DNA of 64,000 bases, taken from NCBI GenBank assembly GCA_002633005.1, contig NMRA01000215.1, positions 474,852-538,851 of the forward strand, given 5' to 3'. The position numbers and the translations under genes were made by a program. The notes below the pieces were generated by a model that did not search any database, was not told the DNA's origin, and saw nothing but the letters and a program-made list of their open reading frames with translations. This document shows, piece after piece, positions 21,850 to 32,585 of the stretch (the stretch's first letter is position 1; each line of letters begins with the position of its first letter). The DNA is from Phoronis australis (Eukaryota; Animalia; Phoronida).

Positions 21850-22265
21850 GCCCGGTTGCATGAAACTGTCGCAAATAGGGTCTCAACTAAGTTCTCTAAA
21901 TTTGTTGCGTATTTGTGCCGTTCTTTACCCACAGGTGTAATCTGTTTCTATTATTTCATTTTCATTATGTGCCCTGGCTTCGTTGACTACTGACATTTTC
22001 TAATAACATTCACTTCAAAACTGAGCCTTTACTTCAATGAAAATGAATGTGGACTTAGTCCTTAAGTTATGAGGGTTGCTTGAAAAGGATCCCTATTTAT
22101 TTTCGAGTTCACTCTTGATTTGCATCAAAATCAAAGCGAGACTTAGTAATCAAACTAAAAGAGAATAAGAAAAGTCAATCAGTGTTTTCCCAAGTTCAAA
22201 AATACGCAGTAGACCTAGGGAACTGTGCTGAGTCCTTATTTGGGACTCAGTTTCATGCAACAGGT
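21850..22265. mobile_element. Harbinger-like MITE, same family as 48797-49124
   Basis: Ends CCCGGTTGCATGAAACTG / CAGTTTCATGCAACAGG; internal sequence colinear with the second copy. Confidence 0.6.
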
Positions 22266-22470
22266 GGCAGCACAAGCACAAGTGTGCTACTACCAAACTT
22301 CTTTTCCTAAGGTAAATAAAGGTTAAAATTCAATAACTGTGTATTCTAGGTTTTTGCATACTCTTGTCCATGGACATGCAGAACAACTTAACGTATCTCG
22401 TACTTTCATCGTTGCTGGAGATGAATAATTTCCTCTGAAGCTTTTAATGTTTTTTTTTTCTTCTTTTCAG

Positions 22471-22521
22471 GGCCTCCCCCTAGCGGGTGTGTTAGCTGCT
22501 GTTTTGCTACGTAAATTTTAA
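22471..22521 (+). CDS. Candidate terminal amylase exon (hydrophobic tail)
   Basis: Very strong acceptor (tttttttttcttcttttcag); phase 0 reads GLPLAGVLAAVLLRKF*, phase 1 reads (G/W)PPPSGCVSCCFAT*; link to exon 11 not established. Confidence 0.35.
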   Translation, partial: GLPLAGVLAAVLLRKF

Positions 22522-23518
22522 GTGCCATAGTCTGATGTATAAAGTGGCGATTAATCACAATTTATCAACCTTTCAAATGAATAGGACAATCCCGGATTAC
22601 CCGGGGATAGAACTCTCCTGTGTCCTAGAGATAAGAAAGCACGTGACCTCGTTTTGGAAATCAGTCACATTTTCGTGTCTCTCGTTGATGTCGGGAAGGC
22701 GAAGAATTTCACGTCACTCACCCACGGATGTTTGTCCAGTTTATCAAACCTTTCTCATATAGGACTTGCAACCCACACCACAGCAGTAATACTGCGTTGG
22801 TAATGGGAGGACCAATAGAGTAATGCAACCGAGAAAAACTTGTAAAGAATCAGCCAGCAACAAAGAACAAGATACTCCAGTGGCACAGCGAGACAGCAAT
22901 TGTGCCTGACTGATATTTACGGCATTGTGGGTAAATACAGCGAGATTCGAGTGTCGCAGTGTAATCCGGGACGGCCCAATTACTAAAAATACAACAAACG
23001 TGTCCTTTTTTGACGGCTACTCAGAAAACGTCATCTTTTTCAAAGACTTTACCAGCTATAAATCTCACATTTTGTCACGAAACCTAAATTTTGATTTACA
23101 TGTAGGCCAGTTACTGTTGCGAAATTGGTCACAACTTGTCCCGTGGTCAAATTAACTGAAAACTTCTTGAGAGTTAAATGTTGCTTGACACCAGGGTGCG
23201 TAAGTTGGCTTGTCATGATTGGTTATATCATCCCCTGAGCATGGTGTCAAGCACTAACAAATTGTCACTTTTCCAAAGTAAGAAACCACGCCTCATGTGT
23301 GTTATGCACAAGCTGAGACCAGTTTTTAGAGCGTTTAACGGTCTAAATCAAAATTTAGTTTCTTTGACATAACGTGGGATCATAGCCACATTAATGATCG
23401 CTATTGCGACATAGATGCTTCTGTTTGCAAAACTGGGTCCCTTTTTATTTGACATATCTCTATAATTTTTGTACCATAACTTTGTACAACTTTGTGTTTG
23501 TGATTCCCTTGTTGATTC

Positions 23519-23551
23519 AATAAACGAAAATCACATTGAATGCGTTTTATT
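23519..23551. terminator. Opposed polyadenylation signals (plus-strand AATAAA 23519-23524; minus-strand AATAAA 23551-23546)
   Basis: Lie between the convergent amylase and GPCR genes; the minus signal is 88 nt after the GPCR stop. Confidence 0.4.
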
Positions 23552-23638
23552 TAATAAGTTATTTCAAATTTATTAGCTCTACAAAGCAGATTTAGGAACA
23601 CGTAAAACCGTACAGTGCGGCAAATCAGAAAATTACGT

Positions 23639-25546
23639 CTATTGAAGAAATATACGATGAGTGCGCTGTGTTTTCATTTTTCTTTTTTTCTTTCTGCAGC
23701 AGCATATCACGTGCAGAATGTTGCTGAAGGCTCTGCGGAAATCTCTATTAAAGAAGGTATAGATAATTGGATTGAGTGCGGAGTTAAAGTAACCTAACCA
23801 TAAGACAATTGGATATATGATCTCTGGAACACACTTACAAAATGGTTGCGTTAGTGCGTTTATGAAAAATGGCAGCCAGCAACAGACAAAGGCCGACATA
23901 ATAATTCCTAACGTTTTTGCTGCCCTACGTTCCTGCTGAATATAAATCTTGTTTTTCTGTTTCGCCGTCTTAAGATTTTTTAGTCCCCTTTGCAGCTTTC
24001 CAGCAAAAAGAGGGTCAAGGCTAGTGCGCTTTTGAATTAGTTCTTTGATGCGATTTAGTGCGCTTCCACGCCTTTCCGCTTGCTTGTTTTGAGCAGATGG
24101 TGGTAAAGGCAGAGAGGGCGATGGCGCCGGGGCAGCCGGGGCGTCTTTTGGCTTGTTTGCACCAAAAGACCCGTTGCTTATTCCCTTTCTCGACCAGGCG
24201 TCGTGACGCAATGACCCCCTCCATTTAGATATGGCAGTTACGTCACTGTAGGCTACCCGCCTCGCGACTGGTGTCCAATCGGAAGGAGATTCGGATGCAG
24301 ACGGCGTGTCAGAGCCACCTTCACTAATCGCTGAGTACGTACTTTGTGTTTTCGTTCTTATGTTGAAAGTACCGTCGCACTGCAACAGTGGTACGTTCCT
24401 GGATGACAAGGCTTCATCATCTGCCGAGTCACATGATAACATGGAATTGTTGCTTATCTTTCGAACTTGAGATTTAACAACTTCCGTTTCGCTAGTTCCA
24501 CTCAACATCAATCGAAAACCTACATGTGGATTTATGGTATCCATATTTTTCGTTCGATTCTTGCGGAAAGCGGAAAATTCTCTTATAGATGTTTCCGACA
24601 AAGTGCCATTTTCCAGCAGATTATTTGTGCTCCGAAACTTCGGTGTTGAGACACTTGAAGCTTTAGTCCTACTACTTGCTCCATTTTGAAAACTATATTT
24701 CTTTACCACGCAGTTCGAGAACGCGCCTGGCCCCTGAACCCATTGCTGTTGTCTCTGCTTGGCGGCTCTGTAAACACGTAAATATAATGTCGCCATGACA
24801 ATGGCGGGTAAATAAAAAGCACCGAAAGTGGAATAAATTGTGTACCCGTGTTCCTCGCTCACGTGACATTGAGTTGTCGGCAACGTTTGCGTTTCACGCC
24901 ACCCAAATAATGGCGGTATCGCTATTCCAATGGAATATAACCACACCACAGCAATCATGGCGGCCGCTCGCCTGGGGGTGCGTTTCAGAGCGTAAACCAG
25001 TGGTCTCGTGATGGCGTTATGACGATCATAACTGATGGCACAAAGATTCATAATACTAGCTGTACAGCACACTACATCCATAGACACCCAAAAATCACAC
25101 AGCGCCGTGCCCAGTCTCCACTCTTGCAGAAGTTCGTAAGATAACGAAAGCGGCGACACTATCATCCCTACTAGAAGGTCGCTCAGGGCTAAGCTGACAA
25201 TGAACGAGTTACCAACCTTCCGCAGGCGTCGCTCCGTGCACACAGCAATGATGACTAGAGTGTTTCCAAATATTGTAGCAGCCATTATCAAAACTGCCAA
25301 GCTTGCGAAGACGACGTCGCGGAATATGTAATCCTTGTGATATTGAAGAGACGTACCGTTCATTTCGTGTTCCGATTGATTTGCCGCGAACGACGTTATC
25401 CAGTCAAAATCTATGTCGGGATAGTTCGTCCAATTGGAATGAAAGAGATCAACGAATGTTGTTTCTGTCCTCCATAGAAGACTCTGTGTTGTTGACCAAG
25501 ATGCTGGTAGCTCCGTCCATCCGGTGCGCTCGTTTCTGTCAAACAT
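23639..25546 (-). CDS. HTR1: Serotonin receptor 5-HT1-like class A GPCR, uninterrupted CDS, 635 aa
   Basis: Seven TM segments; GN (TM1), SLALSD (TM2), amine-binding Asp in DVVCCTAS, DRH, KRTPRRAA and HGYTIYSTFGAFY as in 5-HT1A, ERRAAKTLGII, CWLPFF, NPIIY, Cys-rich C-tail; first ATG at 25546 follows an in-frame upstream stop. Confidence 0.9.
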   Translation of the reverse strand: MFDRNERTGWTELPASWSTTQSLLWRTETTFVDLFHSNWTNYPDIDFDWITSFAANQSEHEMNGTSLQYHKDYIFRDVVFASLAVLIMAATIFGNTLVIIAVCTERRLRKVGNSFIVSLALSDLLVGMIVSPLSLSYELLQEWRLGTALCDFWVSMDVVCCTASIMNLCAISYDRHNAITRPLVYALKRTPRRAAAMIAVVWLYSIGIAIPPLFGWRETQTLPTTQCHVSEEHGYTIYSTFGAFYLPAIVMATLYLRVYRAAKQRQQQWVQGPGAFSNCVVKKYSFQNGASSRTKASSVSTPKFRSTNNLLENGTLSETSIREFSAFRKNRTKNMDTINPHVGFRLMLSGTSETEVVKSQVRKISNNSMLSCDSADDEALSSRNVPLLQCDGTFNIRTKTQSTYSAISEGGSDTPSASESPSDWTPVARRVAYSDVTAISKWRGSLRHDAWSRKGISNGSFGANKPKDAPAAPAPSPSLPLPPSAQNKQAERRGSALNRIKELIQKRTSLDPLFAGKLQRGLKNLKTAKQKNKIYIQQERRAAKTLGIIMSAFVCCWLPFFINALTQPFCKCVPEIIYPIVLWLGYFNSALNPIIYTFFNRDFRRAFSNILHVICCCRKKKRKMKTQRTHRIFLQ

Positions 25547-28500
25547 GGTTCTCAAATACACAGGTATCTTGATCGACGGTTGTTTGCTTCACCCAATTAA
25601 AACAGTTCTCCCATCGCGACTGATTATACCAGATACGTCACCTTACACCGTATTTGAGATAATTAACATTCTTAAACCGAACAGCAATAAACATCGGGAT
25701 TTCATTCTGTATATATGGAGTCTTTGTCGAGGCGCGAGCGATTATTTGTAAATCAAAAATGTTTCTGTCGCGTACAAAAACTTTCCTGGAGATGAAGAGC
25801 CACGGGGAGACCTCTTGGAAGAAGAATAATTATCTTGTAATTGTGGACAAACGATGTGACTCGCAGTTAACTACGTCACGTTTAAATAATTGGTCGTAAA
25901 TCGTGGCAGATACAACTTGGCATATTACTCCATAAATTGTTTTTCCACAACCGTATTTTCGTCTACAAATCATCGACCTGTCGTAACCCACTTCGTAAAT
26001 TGTAGTTGAAGAATGTTCGCATCTGTTCTGAAAGATAGATAAAATAGATCTCAATAAATTACAGTAAGCCACACTTAAAAATAAAAGGGAACGCTTCTTT
26101 TCGTCTAACACGCTAAGTATACACGTATCTCGTTCCTCGCAATTAATTTGCTGTAAAAGAACGTACATGTAGTGGGTGACAGTAATGCAATGCATTGGAA
26201 TTTGCGGAACTGTATGCCCGGCAGTTACAATATGTAACAGTGCCTATCAAACCTTATTTCCAGAGGTGAAAAGGAGGCTGGAACTAGACATAAATAGGGT
26301 TCCGTATAAACATTGATAACGGAAAGGAACCGAATTCACTGCTTTTAAAACCTGCTTTTGTTCTGTAATTCAGTTGGCCAAAAACCAAAGTCGATATAGT
26401 TCTTTACACTCGTAAAATCGAATACCCTAACACGATTCTGTTTCCTTTACCAAAAAGAACATTGAAACCATCAGCTACAAGAAAATGCGTCAGAGTTTAT
26501 TGGTGCCGATCATTAAAAATGGCGTGTGTGTCGGCCTTTTCGCTACAAGTTCTAGTTCGCATGAGCGTGATATTGTTTTTAAACTCCACGTCGCTTCGGT
26601 TGAGAATTGAGCATTGGCAGTAAAATAGGGACGAAATGTAGCTTTAATTTTTTTGGCTTAATTCTCTGTTGGGAAGACTTCACAGGAAACAAAATATCTT
26701 AATTACAGTCGCTTTCGTAACCAAATCTGCAACACCAAGTCCATTCGGTGATCATATCTTTCGGAATCGCATGATGAGGTCATCCGAGGATAGTAACCGA
26801 GAAGGAATGACTTGTTATGTTAACGGCTTTGGTTTCGTACGGTAGGATTGAGTCGATCACGAAGCCTATTCGAAGATGAGGTCACGGCATGGTAATCGTT
26901 TGGTGATCTCACGGGTCAACTGCGTTAAAGTAGGTTGGTGACACATACATAATGACACAGGAAGGCTATCAAACTAAAGTGTTAAAGATTGAGCCTACAT
27001 ATTTACAGGAAGTCAAGTGCTTCTGGCCATTTATGAAGCCGTAAAAACGAAAACAATCGGTCAACTACATTCTTTCCAGTTCTACGCCAAGGTATTATTG
27101 TATAGGTGGCGCTGTGACAAGGCAGAGGGAACTAAGGCAGCTGCCGAATTTGCATGCAGCTGAACACGCAGTGAAAGGCTTATAAATGATGAAAATGCAA
27201 AGCAGGTGTTTGAAATTCCAAAGTTTCGAGTAAGTGCTATAATCATCGTTAGATATGACTCTGAACATGTGATTGAAATCGGAACTTAAAATAGTTTTTC
27301 ACGCAAATGCCGCTTTCGTTTAGAGAGTAACAAATCAGTGCAAAAATTGCTGAATGTATTTACTTCGTAAGCCGGCACGAACGCACTATCTTTCTTGGAT
27401 CCGATCCGATTTTCTGTACACGTAACCAGATGCAGGATTTGCAGACCAAAAAAATTGACATTATCTTGTCGGGCATGAAAAGCAATGTCAAGCGTCCACT
27501 TTTACCATTTACAACTTCCAATTTTCCCAGCGGGCTCGCGAAACGCCGTCGATTTCCACGACATGTGACAAGTAAGCCGCCTCCTTGATGAGACGATCTC
27601 GCCACGCTTTCAGGCGCTATCTCAGCTCAATCTACATCATGTATTCCAAGGGAACTTCACAGAATGAACTCAGTGCCACTTCGCGCGTACTTCTACAGAA
27701 TGGTTATTCGTTATATAACGTTCACTATAGTACTGCATATTAGACATTCACTTTGGGTATACTACAATGATTTTGCTAGGTTTTAGGCTAGTATTAATAA
27801 ACGGCCCTTCTCAACGTAAGCCGTGTCGGATTGCATTATAGTTTCTAAATATTCGAATATAATTGTCAAATTGTAATTACTACATTGGCAAAATGCTCAG
27901 CATTTCACTAACTGTTTGGTCGACGGTAGCACTGCTACAATACACACGATGCGAATAACGAAGAAAATATTTGCTGCTTCTGTTTGTTAAAAGTTGAAAC
28001 ATTGGAAAAGTAAAATTTCACTCTCCCGCTAACTTGTCACTGTGCTTCAAATGAACCGAGTTTTATCGTATGTGTGTTTAGCAAGCAAATATGCTTCTCA
28101 CGCAGTAGCTAACCCTCATTCAAATATGTCAAAGATAAACCAACTGCCCCAACAAACATTGGAGGCCGCTTGATAATTTCGAAAGGTAATAAAGACCACT
28201 TGATTTTTAAAACAACCCAGATATCTCTGACTTGTGAAACAGAACGCGTGATTGAGCGATGATCCATGAGAACAATCGTTATTAAGCCTAGTAACGATTC
28301 TGTTGTTCTCTTGAACACCGCAACTAAAGACATTGTGCAAAGACAACAAAAAACGACAGAAACATGAATGATCACGAGGCAAGTTACTGCAGCAATCAAA
28401 ATAATTAATACTGCACTCTAATTAATTATGTGTATACGTATACACCATGTAGCTATAGGCACAAATTTGCATTACGAAACACGAAAATTGTACAAAGACC

Positions 28501-31156
28501 CTGCAATAGCTCAAGGTAGATCACCAAAGGTATACTCTGGGCTTTATGATAGCGAGGTCGAGTGACGGATCTGCCCGAAAATGTTATTATTTTGACAACT
28601 TTTTCACAATTATGCCGAATAGCATCAGGAAAATTATTCCCTTTGCCAAATTCATTTTCAGTTTATTATTCCGAATTTGATCAGCAATACTTAATATTTT
28701 GATCAAAGACACTCTGATAACACCGTTGTTTTTCGGTTTCAAACCAGAAACCCATAACCGAACAAAAGCTTATTTCTGTGTAATAAAAGCGTTCATTTTT
28801 GAAGAAATAGAGGAGCACGATGACTAAACATTCTGGATATTTTATCGCGTAAATATGAAAAACGACATGCTTTGATTTAACAGAACTTGTTAATTAAGCA
28901 GCAAAGTAGTTCACATTATTAATGAACTGTTGTTAGCTCGTATAGCAAACAGAGCAGCCGTTTCCTATAATGGTAAGAAAAATCAGTCAAATCTGCTGGC
29001 TGAGACTGACTAAATCAGCTCAAACGTATCGACGATTGTGAATATAAACTAAACGATAATATCTAAGCATAAAAGTTACAGCAGGCCGACTTACTTAAAT
29101 TTGGAAACGTAGGCAGATTTCTCCTCTAGTCCCTCTAGTTTGCCTTTTTAATATTCTCTTTCAAATTGAATGTAAACCAGACGTTCGATGCTAAGTTCTA
29201 ACGTGAAACAACGTACTGCCGAATACGAGATTAACGATAACATTATTTGGTAAAGTCAGTCCAGTTGATCATGGGTCGTACATGTAGGCTGCGGTTTAAC
29301 GTCTCGGCTTATCTCCTTCATAGTTGGTTATAAAGGTCGCCATGTCTCCATCAAAGATCTATGTAGGATGTTAATTTCACTACAGGCGGTCTGTTCCCTG
29401 TTTGTCTAATTACGCGTCTGCTAATGAGTAAGCGAAAGGCTAAGTATTTCTTAAATACTCGATCACAAGCTCTCGGGGTTCATAAGAGACAACTGTCGTT
29501 TTTTATGCGTTCGCTGCAGTGTTGAGCGAGTTTGCTTAACGAGTAACAGAAAGTATATTACTTTATTATTGAATTCCACTGTGGATTCATTTTGCAATAC
29601 CAACGCAACGTGACCACGATTGATTTTGACTACATGTTCGTGTATTGTGGTAATTTAAACAAATATCACGTGAAACTGAACACGCAGAGATTCATTCATA
29701 ACAAACTTATTTTATCCATGTAAAACATTCCACGCGCAGGAATAAATTTTGAAAAAAACACAGGAACAAAAATTGATCAAGACATATCTCAGACCCTTGA
29801 AATGGTGGACGTTAGGGAAAGATATCGCAGAACGAGTCAACAAATGAAGTAAATCTAACGTTGTAGTTACCACCGGAACAAACAATCGTGTGCACCACCT
29901 TCCACGTGCGAGTCATAAAAGCTATAAAAATAAAATACCATTACTACTTTCAGCACATTACGAAATTTACGCTCTTTGAATTATATATATGAAAAACGAC
30001 TAACGGGAATTGTTTGTGCGGACAGTTCCTGAGTATGTCACTCTCAGTTTTCATTGGAATACCTTCGTACATGTACTTGTTCATCTATCAGTTTTGTTTC
30101 TTAGAATTGGGTCTGAGGCTACGTTTTGTTCCTTCATACATGTACATGTAGCTCCCCCGACAAACGAAGGAAATGGAATGGATCTGGCTTGACGGCAATT
30201 TTGTGGACTAAATGAGAAGGGATTGCCACAACTGGTATTCAATTGTTCCTTGACATTGTTCTTAGTAAATGAAGCCCAGAAATTTGGACGCTCGGATACG
30301 GAAATGTCGGCATTTTTAAAGCACATACTTGTCCAGTGATTTTCTTTGCCCGAGTACACGTACCTTTCAGACAAATGGAACATATTTTAACCTAAATTAC
30401 TGGAATCTAGATTGCAAGACCATTTGTATTCTCGTGTCCTCTCTTGCACAGGGACAGTCATGCATTTGCTATTTTAGGCGCAAAAGTTCAAGATTCCAAT
30501 TTTTGGTCGTGTTTGGCACCTAAATTCTTTGCAGAGAATGTAGCAAGGCAAAAAGGCATGGTTTTATTGAATTTTTTCGCATGACTGTGAGAAACCCCAT
30601 TGAGCGTGCTTTCTGTAAGTTATGTCTTTTTCATGTGTCTTGAGACAGGGTGCAAACAGAGGCTTTAAATGACCCAAGGCCAATGATAATGTCAACAACT
30701 CGAACTGTGGTCTTTGCCCTTGTGTTACCGGGGATTTCCAAAACAGCTCCCTTGGGAATCTTTCGGAAACTCCATTTTCCCGACGCCTGCAGGTGGCTCT
30801 TAATGATAAGTTATAAAATTCGTTCGGAAAGTTGTATTGTTTACCACTTCCGGGGTCCCGAATAAGCAGTGGTCTTTAGAACTGCTGTAGGAGACATTTT
30901 TCCACATTTTCTTTCCCATGCCAGAAATGCAAAACGATCCCAAAATAACCCCTATGGGTGCTGAATTTTGTTGTAGTCTCTTTTGCAAATTCACCGGTAA
31001 TCCCATTTTGTGTCCCGGGGTTTGATTCACTTGATCTGCAATGTCGACTACAGAATAACTATATAGAAATTGTACATGCTATCATAGTTTAATACAGCAG
31101 TCTGTGATTTAAATGCGTTAAATCCAGGCAAACCATCCGTCAACAAAATACATGCC

Positions 31157-31615
31157 TAACATATAGTCATTCCACTGAAAGACCAGGTTTTCATCATTTC
31201 AATTTGCGGCTTTTGAGACCATGCTCTAAGAGAAGCAATACGTCCTACGGTTTTATAAAGAAATTGTCGGTTTTAAGGTAGAAAACCGATTTTTGATTAT
31301 TTTCGGAAAGAATAAAANTCACGGCAGTACGTGTGACGTACGTCCTCCCTGCGCTTGCCACTCCCTACTCACGTTTTCAGAAAAACGTGGTGCCCGTGGC
31401 GTCCGCAGAAAACGTACGAACAATAAACACGCACGGCGGGTTGTGACCATAGCTTAACATATAGTCATTCCACTGAAAGACCAGGTTTTCATCATTTCAA
31501 TTTGCGGCTTTTGAGACCATGCTCTAAGAGAAGCAATACGTCCTACGGTTTTATAAAGAAATTGTCGGTTTTAAGGTAGAAAACCGATTTTTGATTATTT
31601 TCGGAAAGAATAAAA
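31157..31615. repeat. Identical 161 bp direct repeat (31157-31317 and 31455-31615) across a single-N contig join, with half a MITE between
   Basis: Copies look identical; N at 31318; 31319-31454 ends ...TTGTGACCATAGCT|TAA (Harbinger-like end). Confidence 0.85.
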
Positions 31616-31859
31616 TTCTTGAACGGCAGCTACAAAACAACAAAATTGATTGCGTTTTTGTGACTTTTTGTTACAAATCGCCATATCTCGCCGTTGTACA
31701 CTTAATATTCGCTGAAATCAAGAACGGTGACTTACCTGTTTGATGCATTTAAATACTCGGCTATTGATGCAGCGTTAGACCGCGACAAAAGAGGCTGCAA
31801 GTTCAATTCCGCTCTGAGGCTGATCTCAGATATTAAACTTTCTCGCCCATAAAGTCACT
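31575..31859 (+). mobile_element. TTAA-flanked MITE with a tRNA-like internal cassette (family copy)
   Basis: TTAA at 31571-31574 and 31860-31863; core ATTCGCTGAAATCAAG; B-box-like GTTCAATTCC. Confidence 0.6.
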
Positions 31860-32441
31860 TTAAACTGCCGGTTTCATCAAAAAATTGGATTCTATTATGA
31901 GTCCGGCAACAGCTTCAAACCTAACGGTACTTCGGCTGACGTGGGGTTTTCGTTCGTTCAAGTTCTTGTGGTGTCTCTTTAAAAACCTTGTTTATTTACC
32001 TGCCCTTCAAACCGCTTGTAGCCGCCACGTCTCACATGGCAGTTTACTAATTAATTCTTGATATTTAGCCACAAACAAAAATCCGCTTTCAAAGAAAGAT
32101 GGCCTCTTAATTAAAAACAGTTTTTGTGCGTGTCAGTTGTCTGGTTAGTAGCACTGAAGCACGAATGATAAGAAACGGTGCAAGTACTAGGACTACTTAA
32201 ACACAAAAATGGACGGCTCAGGAATACTTCTAATGTTTTAATGTTAGATAATCTTTGACTTCATGTTAGTTAAAACACGTTATAACACGAATTTAAAGGC
32301 GCTCAAGCCCTGTCCTGGGCCCGGATGAGTAATTTTTGAAATTTATTTTCGATCTTTCCGCTCTACTTTTGAGCGATCTGAAGATAAGTGCCTGTTATTC
32401 CACGCTCGAGTACATTATGATCTACACAGATGAGTTGCCAG

Positions 32442-32585
32442 CTCAGGTTTGCACTTGGTGACCCTAAGCCTAGACTCGAACTACAAACTAGAGTAAAAAT
32501 TGAAATTTCGAGTAAAAACTTTAGATTTCGAGTTTAGACTCGAACGTATAACTTTAATGCTGAGGTCATCAGGTGCAAACCAGGA
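32442..32585. mobile_element. Short MITE, same family as 19870-19987
   Basis: Ends GGTTTGCACTTGGTGACC / GGTCATCAGGTGCAAACC. Confidence 0.55.

Noticed and set aside
21775-21993. Acceptor at 21934 giving a hydrophobic GVICFYYFIFIM tail for the amylase
   Set aside because: Lies inside a MITE copy and is not a good anchor signal; cannot be excluded without cDNA.
31157-31615. LTR pair or true tandem duplication
   Set aside because: No TG..CA ends or primer-binding site; identical copies abut an N contig join.
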